From NCBI RefSeq assembly GCF_006345805.1, contig NC_042999.1, positions 13,764,001 to 13,828,000 on the forward strand: a stretch of DNA of 64,000 bases, given 5' to 3'. Under the pieces are notes generated by a model that had not been told where the DNA came from, did not search any database, and saw nothing but the letters and a program-made list of their open reading frames with translations. Of the stretch, positions 37,354-47,986 are shown one piece after another. The stretch comes from Octopus sinensis. Taxonomy: Eukaryota. The position numbers and the translations under genes were made by a program. Position 1 is the first letter of the stretch; every line of letters starts with the position of its first letter.

Positions 37354-37546
37354 TATTTTCTGGTCTAACATTTATTCTACTTCTGTTAAAGAATACTTCT
37401 TCCCTGTTCATGTCTTTCTAACTTACAAAGGGTAAAAAGGAACGTTAATAGCATTAGCTATTTTCTCATAACATTGCTGTTGAAATACAATTGTCTTTGT
37501 TTCAATTAATTTTTGAAATAATGAAAAATTTAGTAAAATAATTTAA

Positions 37547-37763
37547 CCCTTCTGAAACCAACTTGCCTTAGACCGCCACTGGTTCTGTAACACAAAGTTG
37601 CTGTTTTAAGGTGTTCTAAATCAAAATGGTTCATCAAAATTTCAGACAATTTTTGTTCCAAAATTGAGTTTAATAATGACAAAGCTATTTCACCAAATTC
37701 TTTGTTATTTTAACAATTGAAATGAAGACAATGTATTTCAACAGCAATATGGTAACAAAAGGG
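37547..37763. mobile_element. piggyBac-like MITE
   Basis: TTAA|CCCTTCTGAAACCA ... TGGTAACAAAAGGG|TTAA. Confidence 0.75.
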
Positions 37764-37894
37764 TTAATAATTATTAAGCTGGTGCTTAGAATGTAAAACT
37801 TTCCATGAAAACTTCATGTTAATTTAATTTAGATCACTTCAGCTTGTATCATAGAACTAGGGATTGTTTCAAGTGGGTGGATTGATATAATAAT

Positions 37895-38270
37895 AATAAT
37901 AATAATGAAATTATTGTGTACAGTGCTCAGGTGCACCACAACTTGTCAAAAGTGCATATAAAGCATATGCAGTAATGTACAAATGTCTGGAAAGTGAACA
38001 GTGTACGAGTCAGATACATGCTTGCGTGTGTATGGAGGGGAGAAAATCAGGTGTAGTGTTGGTGAATCTCAGAAAGCATGGAAGTTTTGAAGGATGCAGT
38101 GCTCTGACAACTAACAACTGATGCCAGCAGTTTGTTCCATGCTTCAGCAACTCTTAGCATGAAAAAATCTTTCCAAAATTCATGGGAGCTGTGCTGTTTT
38201 CTGACTTTGTAAACATATCCACGGGTGTTAGACAGGTGGAGTTTGAAAAGGTGCTCAGAGTTATTTAGCT
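37895..38270 (-). mobile_element. CR1-type LINE 3' end
   Basis: Reverse complement resembles the 44925 copy; (TTA)n tail. Confidence 0.8.
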
Positions 38271-38304
38271 TCTTTATACATTATTACCTGTCCCAGGGCA
38301 CCAA

Positions 38305-38540
38305 GTGAACAATGTATGAGTCAGATACATGCTTGCGTGTGTATGGAGTGGAGAAAATCAGGTGTAGTGTTGGCAAGCTCAGGAAGCATGGAAGTTTCGA
38401 AGGATGCAGTGCTCCGACAACTAACAACTGATGCCGGCAGTCTGTTCCATGCTTCAGCAACTCTTAGCGTGAAAAAGTCTTTCCGAAAGTCATGGGAGCT
38501 ATGCTGTTTTCTGACTTTGTAAACATGTCCATAAAAGGGC
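38305..38540 (-). mobile_element. CR1-type LINE 3' fragment, tandem second copy
   Basis: GHVYKVRKQHSSHDFRKDFFTLRVAEAWNRLP. Confidence 0.8.
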
Positions 38541-38548
38541 AAAATCCT

Positions 38549-38764
38549 TATTATTCAAACCAACTATATCAGATCCAAATATTCTGCCTGTTTTATGGTC
38601 AAAATGACCAGGTCAAACCTCTCCCACCTACCCTATAATGTCATTCTAAAGAATATACATTCACATCATTGAAATCTCTAAACTACAAAATAATGTACAA
38701 CAGATTCAAAACAATGTGAATAAATTGTTACATTTGACAAAGTAATTTGAATGCTAAAAGGTTA
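38549..38764. mobile_element. Diverged piggyBac-like MITE (second family)
   Basis: Ends ...GAATGCTAAAAGGTTAA; internal CCTACCCTA.AATGTCATT shared with the 29805 copy. Confidence 0.5.
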
Positions 38765-39007
38765 AACACATCAGTAAAGGTCTTATAAAGACTATGGACA
38801 AAGCCTCTTCCTCCAGTTCCCAATCCATTTAGCATGGAAAAACAGACATTAATGTGAGTGAGTGAAGAGGTTATTGTTATCACTTCACCTGTCAACAAAT
38901 CGCTTGTTTTACACCTTCATAAATATGTGAAAGTAGAGGTTACGGACAGACAGGTGACCAGCTGTAAAATAATGACTCAATGAGATATATATATATATAT
39001 ATATATA

Positions 39008-39985
39008 CTAGCATTAAAGACCCCTCGTTGCCGGGTCATAGTGCTAGTGCATGTATATGTGTATATATATGTGTACATATTACATGTACATCTATATATA
39101 TACATCTACACATAAAATACAAAATACAAAGTTATATCTTGATATCGCTAGTGATAACAATACTCAAAATATATAACAGACTGGAACTGTTAGCCCATCT
39201 CTTGCAATTTCGATCAATTGTATCTTGTCCTCCCTCTTGTATAGAAGTGTGGCTACAATCCAGCCTACCTTTACTTCGCAGAGGGGGGGGTATTTTCAAT
39301 TCTTTTCCGGGACGTCCTACATCCCAGGTAAAAATAAAATATTTCCACTTTGCATGTTCGAGTCGAGTACTCCCTTGCATACTCCGTTGACTCGAACCTT
39401 GCTTCTATTGTGGCGAATTTACCGCCTCTGATTAGATATCTTTCATAGTCGCACCAAGACACTTCTCGAAGGTGCTTTCCTCCATGTGTTCAAATCTTCT
39501 TTTTTCTCTACATTCTATACTTTATAGACAATAGTCTTTTCTTTAATTTAATTTTTTATTATCCATCTGGACTATTCCATTTCTGCACGCTAATTTTATT
39601 TTTAATTTATTCCCATTCATGCGAAACCACTTATTCAAGGTCAAATCATTGATGCAATTTTATACCAATTGCTATTTTTACTTTTATTATGTTACTTTAG
39701 TTTGATTTTAATTATTACTTACTACATATAATTCAATTGTTATTATTATTTTTATTGTTAAAATGAAAGTATCTGACATAAAATAGAGAAACGTTTTTGT
39801 TTCACTTTTAACACGTAATACTGAAATAGTGGAGAAGATATGATATTGCTATGGGCTCGCCCTAGGCAAAAAGTTGAACTAAGTAAGGCATGTGTAAAAT
39901 TTGAATGAAATTTGTTGAGTAGTTCTCAAGTTTTAGGGAAACACACAGACAGACAGACACACATTCTCAGTTTTATATATATATC
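39008..39985 (-). mobile_element. Non-autonomous Helitron
   Basis: Minus: ATATATATAAAACTGAGAATGTGTGTCTGTC ... GACCCGGCAACGAGGGGTC hairpin ... CTAG|T. Confidence 0.75.
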
Positions 39986-40437
39986 ATCATCATCATCATA
40001 TATATATATATATATAAGGTATAAATTAGAGGTATTAAGCCTTCAAAGGGATAGAAGTATCCAGAGGCACTACAGGTATTTACCTCAGTGTGTGTGTGTG
40101 TATTTGTCTCCCACAACCACTTGATAACCAGTGTTGACATGTTTATGTCCCCGTAACTTAGTGGTTCGGCAAAAGAGACCAATAAAATAAGTACCATGCT
40201 ATAATAAAATAAGTACTGGGGTTGATTCATTCGAATAAAATCTTTCAAGATGGAGCCCCAGCATGGCCACAGTCTAGAGACTGAAACAAGTAAAAGAATA
40301 AAAGAATATTATTATGAATTTTTCCAACTGAACCCGAAAACCCTATTTTCAGTAGCACAATAGTGAAAAAATTCTTTTCTATTCTAGGCAGCAGATAATT
40401 GAAAAAGGTAAACCGTAAGTTAATGTATATATAGGCA

Positions 40438-40576
40438 ATAAGAAAATGAAGGAAAAACAACAAATAGAAGTGTGTCTTTGGTGCTAAAAAGCCATTATTT
40501 AATTAGCTAACTAATTAAATGGCTTTTTAGTACCAAAGACACACTTCTATTTGTTGTTTTATTTCCATTTTCTTAT
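40438..40576. repeat. Inverted repeat with about 68-bp arms and a 4-nt loop
   Basis: ATAAGAAAATG...TTTAATTAG ctaa CTAATTAAAT...CATTTTCTTAT. Confidence 0.8.
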
Positions 40577-40616
40577 CATATATATATATTTATATTTACC
40601 AGAGTAAACACATAAA

Positions 40617-40691
<75 letters not shown>

Positions 40692-40695
<4 letters not shown>

Positions 40696-41267
40696 CACAT
40701 ATTTGCCATTTGAATATGGCTAACCCCTAAGGGTGGATGCTACTGTAGTTTGTAGCCCCAGGAAGATATCTCCTCCAGCTGGCTATAGACACACTATCTG
40801 TGTCCTTTCAGTATTTGTGAAGGGGAGTCATCCTCCCCGTCTTCAACTCATGATACACACGGACCCGAGTTTCAAGGTGTTTACCTTTCATCAGCGTGTG
40901 ACAATCATGGTTGTTGACGAGAAGTCAGCTCCCTTCACAAATACATATACTTTTTCCAGTGACGATTGACAGTGATATTGAAAAAGTGAAATCAAACAAT
41001 GATAAATCTCAGAGCGAGTTATAAACAGTAGCGGTAACACATCGTGACGCATATTTGCCATTTGAATACGGCTAACCCCTAAGGGTGGATGCTCACAAAT
41101 ACTGAGAGGACAGAGATAGTGTGTCTATAGCCAGCTGGAGGAGATATCTTCCTGGGGCTACAAACTACAGTAGCATCCACCCTTAGGGGTTAGCCATATT
41201 CAAATGGCAAATATGCGTCACGATGTGTTACCGCTACTGTTTATAACTCGCTCTGAGTTTTATCATT
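40692..41267. mobile_element. Penelope-like pLTR / retrozyme-like non-autonomous element with a 352-bp monomer
   Basis: Antisense arm 40692-41093 (about 1.15 monomer; GTGAC.CATATTTGCC recurs at 40692 and 41044), sense arm 41093-41267, 46-nt unpaired tail, flanked by (TA)n. Confidence 0.75.
40856..40900 (-). ncRNA. Minimal type-I hammerhead ribozyme with intact core
   Basis: Minus strand: CACACG-CTGATGA-AAGGT AAAC ACCTT-GAAAC-TCGG-GTC-CGTGTG. Stem I 6 bp, stem II 5 bp, near-palindromic short stem III, GUC cleavage triplet (predicted cut between 40862 and 40861). Confidence 0.88.
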
Positions 41268-41629
41268 ATATATATATATATATATTTTATATATAGAGGG
41301 CATTATTATACATAGATGCCACACGCTAAGAGGGACAAAAAGTCATTTCTACAAAAAATTTTACTAATCCCACCGAATGCAATCTTTCAAAGCAAGACAT
41401 TTAAAAAATATATAGACTTGTATCACCTGTGATTAATATGTTCAATAAGAAAGAATTATTTTCGAAATTTTTCTCTTATGAGGTTTTTCACGCTATCTAC
41501 CTGATAATTTCTTATTAAGATTCCTTATTAAGAAGTTGTCCTTAATTGCTAAATATATATATATATTATATATATATATATGTATATATATATGTATGTA
41601 TATATGTATATATAATATATATATTATAG

Positions 41630-42035
41630 GCATAGGAATGGCTGTGTGGTAAGTATCTTGCTTACCAATCACATGGTTCCGGGTTCATTCCCATTGAGTG
41701 GCACCTTGGGCAAGTGTCTTCTACTATAGCCTCAGGCCAACCAAAAGCCTTGTGAGTGGATTTGGTAGACGGAAACTGAAAGAAGCTCATTGTATATAAG
41801 TATATATATATGTACGTGTGTGTATATATTTGTGTGTCTGTGTTTGTCCCCCCAACATCGCTTGACAACCGATGCTGGTGTGTTTACATCCCCGTAACTT
41901 AGCGGTTCGGCAAAAGAAGACCGATAGAATAAGTACTAGGCTTACAAAGAATAAGTCCTGGGGTCGATTTGCTCGACTAAAGGCGTTGCTCCAGCATGGC
42001 CACAGTCAAATGACTGAAACAAGTAAAAGAATAAA
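41630..42035 (+). mobile_element. SINE-B, full length
   Basis: Consensus match. Confidence 0.9.
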
Positions 42036-42662
42036 AGAAAAAAAAATATAAAAGATAGAAGATAATATCACCTAAACCATGCTGGCATGGAAAAAATGGA
42101 CGTAAAACCTGACAAACAAATGAAGAACATAGTTGATTCTACAGTGACATAAACTAGATGTAATATTTTACATGATTCTTACAGCTTCTGCAAGTAAAGT
42201 GGTATTTTGTTCTCTTAATTCTTCAATTTCAGAGAGTCAAGTACAATACTTGAACTCCAATTTAGTAATGATTTTTCTTTTGCTTCTTTTCTTGTCTTTT
42301 TTTTCTTTTGTTGTTCTTGGTTCTTTTTGTTCTATTTATTCATTTATTTGTTTATCTATTTATTTATTTTGCCTATTAGTTTCATACTCAAAACATGTAT
42401 GGCACTGGCATTTCAGCTGGAAGGGTACTAAATTGCTTCATGAAAAAAAATTAAAAAATAAAATTATGAAATATTCAGTGCTTAGAGCAAGTTCTTTCTT
42501 TAGTCACATATATTTTCTGCCGCTTTCTCTCTCTCTCTCTGGTATTTGAAACATTATAATGAGCATAAAAATTTAGCCAGAATCTAAGGTTAAAATTATC
42601 AACTCAAGACAAGGTTTAACGCAGAATGTTGGACACTTAATATATAAAAATATTCAGTAAAC

Positions 42663-42824
42663 ATAGGAGTGGCTGTGTGGTAAGTAGCTTGCTTACGAAC
42701 CACATGGTTCCGGGTTCAGTCCCACTGCGTGGCACCTTGGGCAAGTGTCTTCTACTATAGCCTCGGGCCAAACAAAGCCTTGTGAGTGGATTTGGTAGAC
42801 AGAAACTGAAAGAAGCCCATCATA

Positions 42825-42879
<55 letters not shown>

Positions 42880-43015
42880 ATGTATATATATGTATGTGTG
42901 TGTATATCGTTGTGTATCTGTGTTTGTCCCCAACATTGCTTCACAACCGATGCTGGTGTGTTTATACATCCCTGTAACTTAGCGATTCAGCAAAAGAGAC
43001 CGATAGAATAAGTAC
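42663..43015 (+). mobile_element. SINE-B, 3'-truncated
   Basis: Consensus match. Confidence 0.85.
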
Positions 43016-43219
43016 ACACACTCCTCAGCCACAAGGCCCTACATCTGCATGTATACACATTCGTGACCCATGCTTGCATATGCATTAAAAACAATTATTA
43101 TGACTCAAAGGTGAAGCAGTGACTAACAGAATCAGGACAGACAAAATATTCTGCACCATTTCATTATATCATGTCCTACTATGTTCTGACTGCCATTTGA
43201 ATAATTAACTATCATTTTA

Positions 43220-43425
43220 AGGCGGTAAGCTGGCAGAAACATTAGCACGCTGGACGAAATGCTTAGCAGTATTTCACCCATCACTACGTTCAGTCTTCAA
43301 ATTACGCTGAGGTCAACTTTGCTTTTCATCCTTTCAAGGTTGATAAATTAAGTACCAGTAAAACACTGGGGTTGATGTAATCAACTAGTCACCTCCCCAA
43401 CAATTTCAGACCTTGTGGTGGCCTT
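43220..43425 (+). mobile_element. SINE-A
   Basis: Consensus match. Confidence 0.8.
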
Positions 43426-44254
43426 ATAGCAATATCAAGAAGCATTATTTTTAAGGTTAAAACAACACAATGTAGAAGCTGAAAGGGGTACTATATAGTA
43501 CTTCATTCCAATAAAGTACCCCCTTTTCAATATTCCCCCAAACCCTCCCACATTCAGTGTTTGATACTGTCAAGTTTGATTTAGCTTTCAGTAGTCCATG
43601 GTTGATAAAATAATGACTAATCGTATGCTGAAACCAATTTAATCGATTGTGCCCCACTTCTACAAGTTTTTGGCAATGTGCCCATTTAAGGAAACACTAA
43701 ATTTCAATTTAGAAAATAAATTTTGTTCACTATGTCATTATATAAATATAATGTTGTTAGAGGTGTAGTGAGAGATGAGCATCTTGTGTGCTGTCATTCA
43801 TAATGTCACATTTTCAAATAAATAAAATAGATTATTAATATTCAAGTGAAGAGGGGAATATATAGAATGAAATAATGTGACATATGCCAAAGATATATAC
43901 ATACGCACATACTGATTATATATACATATATACACACACACACCTATATTCACAAATAGAAAAATTAAAAGTAAATCTGCAACTTAACATGAATTACTTC
44001 CTATCTCAAGGAGGTCTATCTCATTTACTTATATGACTAACTCTTTACAGAGGAACAACAACTGTGATAGGACATGAGGCAACAGATTAATGATAAAGTT
44101 ACCAGATTACACAGTCATAAGTTAAAGTGCTTTCACCCAGCTAAAGGAACTCAAATTTGCATCTCAGACTATTTGAAAATACTTTACAAGCAAAATTCAT
44201 AAATAAGGGCTTAGAAATGTGCATAAAATACAAACTATTTATTATATATTTTTT

Positions 44255-44830
44255 TACTACTCACAAGGGGACAAAAAGAGGGGACAAACAAGGACAGACA
44301 AATGGATTAAGTCGATTACATCGACCCCAGTGCGTAACTGGTACTTAATTTATTGACCCCGAAAGGAGGAAAGGCAAAGTCGACCTCGGCGGAATTTGAA
44401 CTCAGAACGTAACGGTAGATGAAATCCCTATTTCTTTACTACCCACAAGGGCTAAACACAGAGAGGACAAACAAGGACAGACAAATGGATTAAGTCGATT
44501 ACATCGACCCCAGTGCGTAACTGGTACTTAATTTATTGACCCTGAAAAGAGGAAAGGCAAAGTCGACCTCGGCAGAATTTGAACTCAGAACGTAACGGTA
44601 GATGAAATCCCTATTTCTTTACTACCCACAAGGGCTAAACACAGAGAGGACAAACAAGGACAGACAAATGGATTAAGTCGATTACATCGACCCCAGTGCG
44701 TAACTGGTACTTAATTTATTGACCCCGAAAGGATGAAAGGCAAAGTCGACCTCGGCGGAATTTGAACTCAGAACGTAACGGCAGACAAAATACGGCTACG
44801 CATTTCGCCCGGCATGCTAACGATTCTGAC
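44255..44830 (-). mobile_element. SINE-A trimer
   Basis: 183-bp period, three units. Confidence 0.9.
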
Positions 44831-44924
44831 AATTTATTATAAATACTATTTATTAGACTATTTATTATAAAAACAAATGCCCTAGAAATAAGCAAATATA
44901 TCTAACCTTCAGATAAATAACTAA

Positions 44925-45290
44925 ATACATTTGTTTTGCTGTAAGCTCCAGCGTCTGGCGATGGACTTGGTAAACACCCACAAAGTTATCAACCACCTCA
45001 CCAACAACAACACTGAACACCTTTTTGATCTCCATGTGTCCAACACACGTGGACATGCCTACAAGGTCAGAAAACAACACAGCTCCCATGACTTTCGGAA
45101 ACATTTTTTCACGCTCAGAGTTGCTGAAGCATGGAACAAACTACCTGCGTCAGTTGTTGACTGCCATGACACTGCATCCTTTAAGGCCCTCATGCTTTCC
45201 GAAATCCGCCGAAACTACACCTGATTATACATACACTTTAGATGAGTTGTAGTGCATCTGAGCACTGTACACAATTATTATTATTATATT
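44925..45290 (+). mobile_element. CR1-type LINE 3' end
   Basis: TRGHAYKVRKQHSSHDFRKHFFTLRVAEAWNKLP; (ATT)n tail. Confidence 0.85.
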
Positions 45291-45469
45291 TGTTGTTTCT
45301 TTTCTTCAATTTCTGCAATTTCAACCAATCAATTACGTCCATTGAGGTAAAAAACATTCTGTGCCGTATGAACATGTCCCTCGTTTAAGAAACAGATTGG
45401 GTTTATTTACATTTGTGAAGAAAAAAAAGATACCCTTCCCCCCACCCCTTAGACTAACCTAAAACCCTT

Positions 45470-45572
45470 TAAGGCCCTCATGCTTTCCGAAATCCGCCGA
45501 AACTACACCTGATTATACATACACTTTAGATGAGTTGTAGTGCACCTGAGCACTGTACAATGTTTTATTATT
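45470..45572 (+). mobile_element. Short duplicate of the CR1 3' end
   Basis: Near-identical to 45180-45280. Confidence 0.8.
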
Positions 45573-47405
45573 GCTCAATGCAGAGTTGAAGATTTTGGCC
45601 AAGGTGCTAGCCAAGAGATTGGCGCTCGTCGTGGACAAGCTGGTCGGCGGGACGCAGACATGCGCCGTGCCGACCAGGTCGATACACGACAACCTCCATC
45701 TCATGCGCTACATCATAGAGAGGGTGGGTAACGACGCTGGCGCGGGTGGGGCTTTGATCAACTTGGATCAGAGTAAAGCCTTCGATAGGGTCGACCATCG
45801 GTACCTGGCAGCTGTCCTCAAGGCAGCCGGCTTCGGTCCAGTCTTCCGCGGGTGGATCGCTGCTTTATACAGCAACATCTGCTCGGTGATACGGGTGAAC
45901 GGTCACCTTTCGGAACCGTTCGACATCCTTGGCGGACCGAACGCGAGATGTCGAACGGTTCCGAAAGGTGACCGTTCACCCGTATCACCGAGGTGGATAA
46001 GAACTGGGAAGAGGTGACGAGCAGGGTGGCACGTCTCACCCAGAAATGGGCCGAGAGGAAGCTGTCCCTGAAAGGTCGAGCGGAGGTGGCGAATGCGTAC
46101 ATCGCATCCGTCATCTATTACCGCTTGACCGTCGTCCCTTGTCCCGACCGCTGGTTGGCCAAGCTGGTACGCCTGCTCTTCGACTTTTTGTGGAAGGGTC
46201 AGGTGCCACTGGTCAGGCGATCCATCTGCTGTCAACGACCGCTGAACGGAGGCCTTGGAATGCCGTGGTTGCTGTTGCGCAGACATGCGCTCAGGCTGCG
46301 GCATCTCAAGCGCTCCTAGACGGTGAACAGGTGTGGTCGTCTTTTGTCAGACGCGATTTTCCGCAGCTCGTCTCTTTGACGGAGCTGCAGACCTGGATCA
46401 AACGTAGACCGAGAAAGGGCGCTTGGCATCTCGAGTGCCATCAAGCCTCTCCGCCCTCCACCAGGCGGGCAATGCGGTCGGTTACAGCTCCACTCTAGCG
46501 TTCTATAGAGGGTTAGTGGAGGAAAAATGCGACGACGTTCTCGGGAAAACTCTAGGCGTTGAAGACGACGAACTGAGCGGTCTGTTCGGGAGGACTTTCG
46601 GGCGGGGCCGATGGATAATTTCCAGAGGTCTCTCGCCTGGCAGTGCTACCGAGGGGCTCTGCCTGTTCGAGATAAACTCTACCGGCATGGAAGTGCCGTC
46701 AGCCGGGCCTGCCCGAGGTGTTGCCAGGACGACGAAACCGTTCTGCACGCACTCGTCCAGTGCCCGAGTATTGCTGAAATATGGGTTTATGTCGAACAGC
46801 TACTGTCACGTGTAGGACGGATCCGACTATCGGCCGAATCCATAGTGAAGATTGCCCCGCCGACCTCCTTTAACAAGGAGGGCGAGGCCGTTTTCTTGTG
46901 CCTTGTGGCTGTGGCGAAAGAAGTTGTGTGGTGGACTCGTTTGAAAGGGCTAAAGTCAGACACTTTCCTCTTTGGTCAAGGCCTCATCAACTTTTTCAAG
47001 TTTCACTTGAAAAGAAAGATGAGGTTAGAGAGGAAAGTGCTGTCTGATAGCAAGTTTTATGAAAGGTGGGTGAATTGTGCGAGACTGGCCTGTATAAATG
47101 GACCAGTTCTCAGGTTTCGCCTGTGATTTCAAAGAAAAAGGTAATGTAAAAGGAGAAGAAAGGGGACTCTCTACACCCCCTTTTTTTTGACCAGACTCCC
47201 GTTGGCTTTTGTAGGGTTTTTTCCACCAGGAACCTTTCGAGACGTCTCCCCCTTTTGGGAGTTTTTCATTGTTGAATTTTATAAGTTGTTATAAAGATTT
47301 TTACTCAATGTTTTTCAAAAAACGGCAAAACCCTTTGTAACCTTTCGTCCTGTCTTGTCCCTTTATGTAATCATGCGTGTCAGCCCTTGTGGCCAATAAA
47401 AAAGA
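45573..47405 (+). mobile_element. 5'-truncated Tx1/L1-type non-LTR retrotransposon (RT fragment, CCHC zinc knuckle, 3' UTR); pseudogenised
   Basis: ORFs give KILAKVLAKRL...LDQSKAFDRVDH...VIRVNGHLS, NWEEV..RV, and CPRC...ETVLHALVQC. It has several frameshifts and lacks the RT core; it ends with AATAAA followed by (TTA)n. Confidence 0.9.
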
Positions 47406-47409
47406 ATTG

Positions 47410-47440
<31 letters not shown>

Positions 47441-47986
47441 GTAAATGTTTTAATAAACATTTGAAGAATACAGGTGAGCAGTTAGGTAAAATATATAAGG
47501 TGACATCAATAAATAAGGCATTCCTTCGATATAAGTCGACAAAATCAAAACATTTCACTTCGGGTATTTCTGTGGAAGCAAATGACAGTTGCCAAAACGA
47601 GAGAATGAAAGGAGGGTCTTTTTCCTTGTTTATTTGAAAAACAAAAGAATTGATATTTATGGAATGATCATGACATTTCATAAATATTCTTCAGATGAAG
47701 CAAAGGTGAAACATGAATGAAGTTGGTTAAAATGGTTGAGACAAAATAAAAGAATGCTAAATGGTCATACACACCAGAGTGACATTAACACTGATGGATT
47801 TGCTACTGTTTATAATGCATTTAATATGATAAGCTTTTATCTACGTGATATAAAACTACTAGTGAACTGTATTCAGATCTGTTAATTACGAGATGAAATA
47901 AGAATATGAAATATTTTGTGAATGGAATAACAGAAGCTCTAATACATAAACACATCAGAAGATACATCTATCCTTCGGCAGACTTA

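Noticed and set aside
42170-42240. Coiled-coil-like SEIEELREQNTTLLAEA before a GTAAG
   Set aside because: An in-frame stop lies immediately upstream and there is no usable acceptor.
47430-47590. Pyrimidine-rich acceptor-like site on the minus strand in a 126-aa ORF
   Set aside because: There is no convincing donor and no PDE similarity; the ORF runs into a microsatellite.
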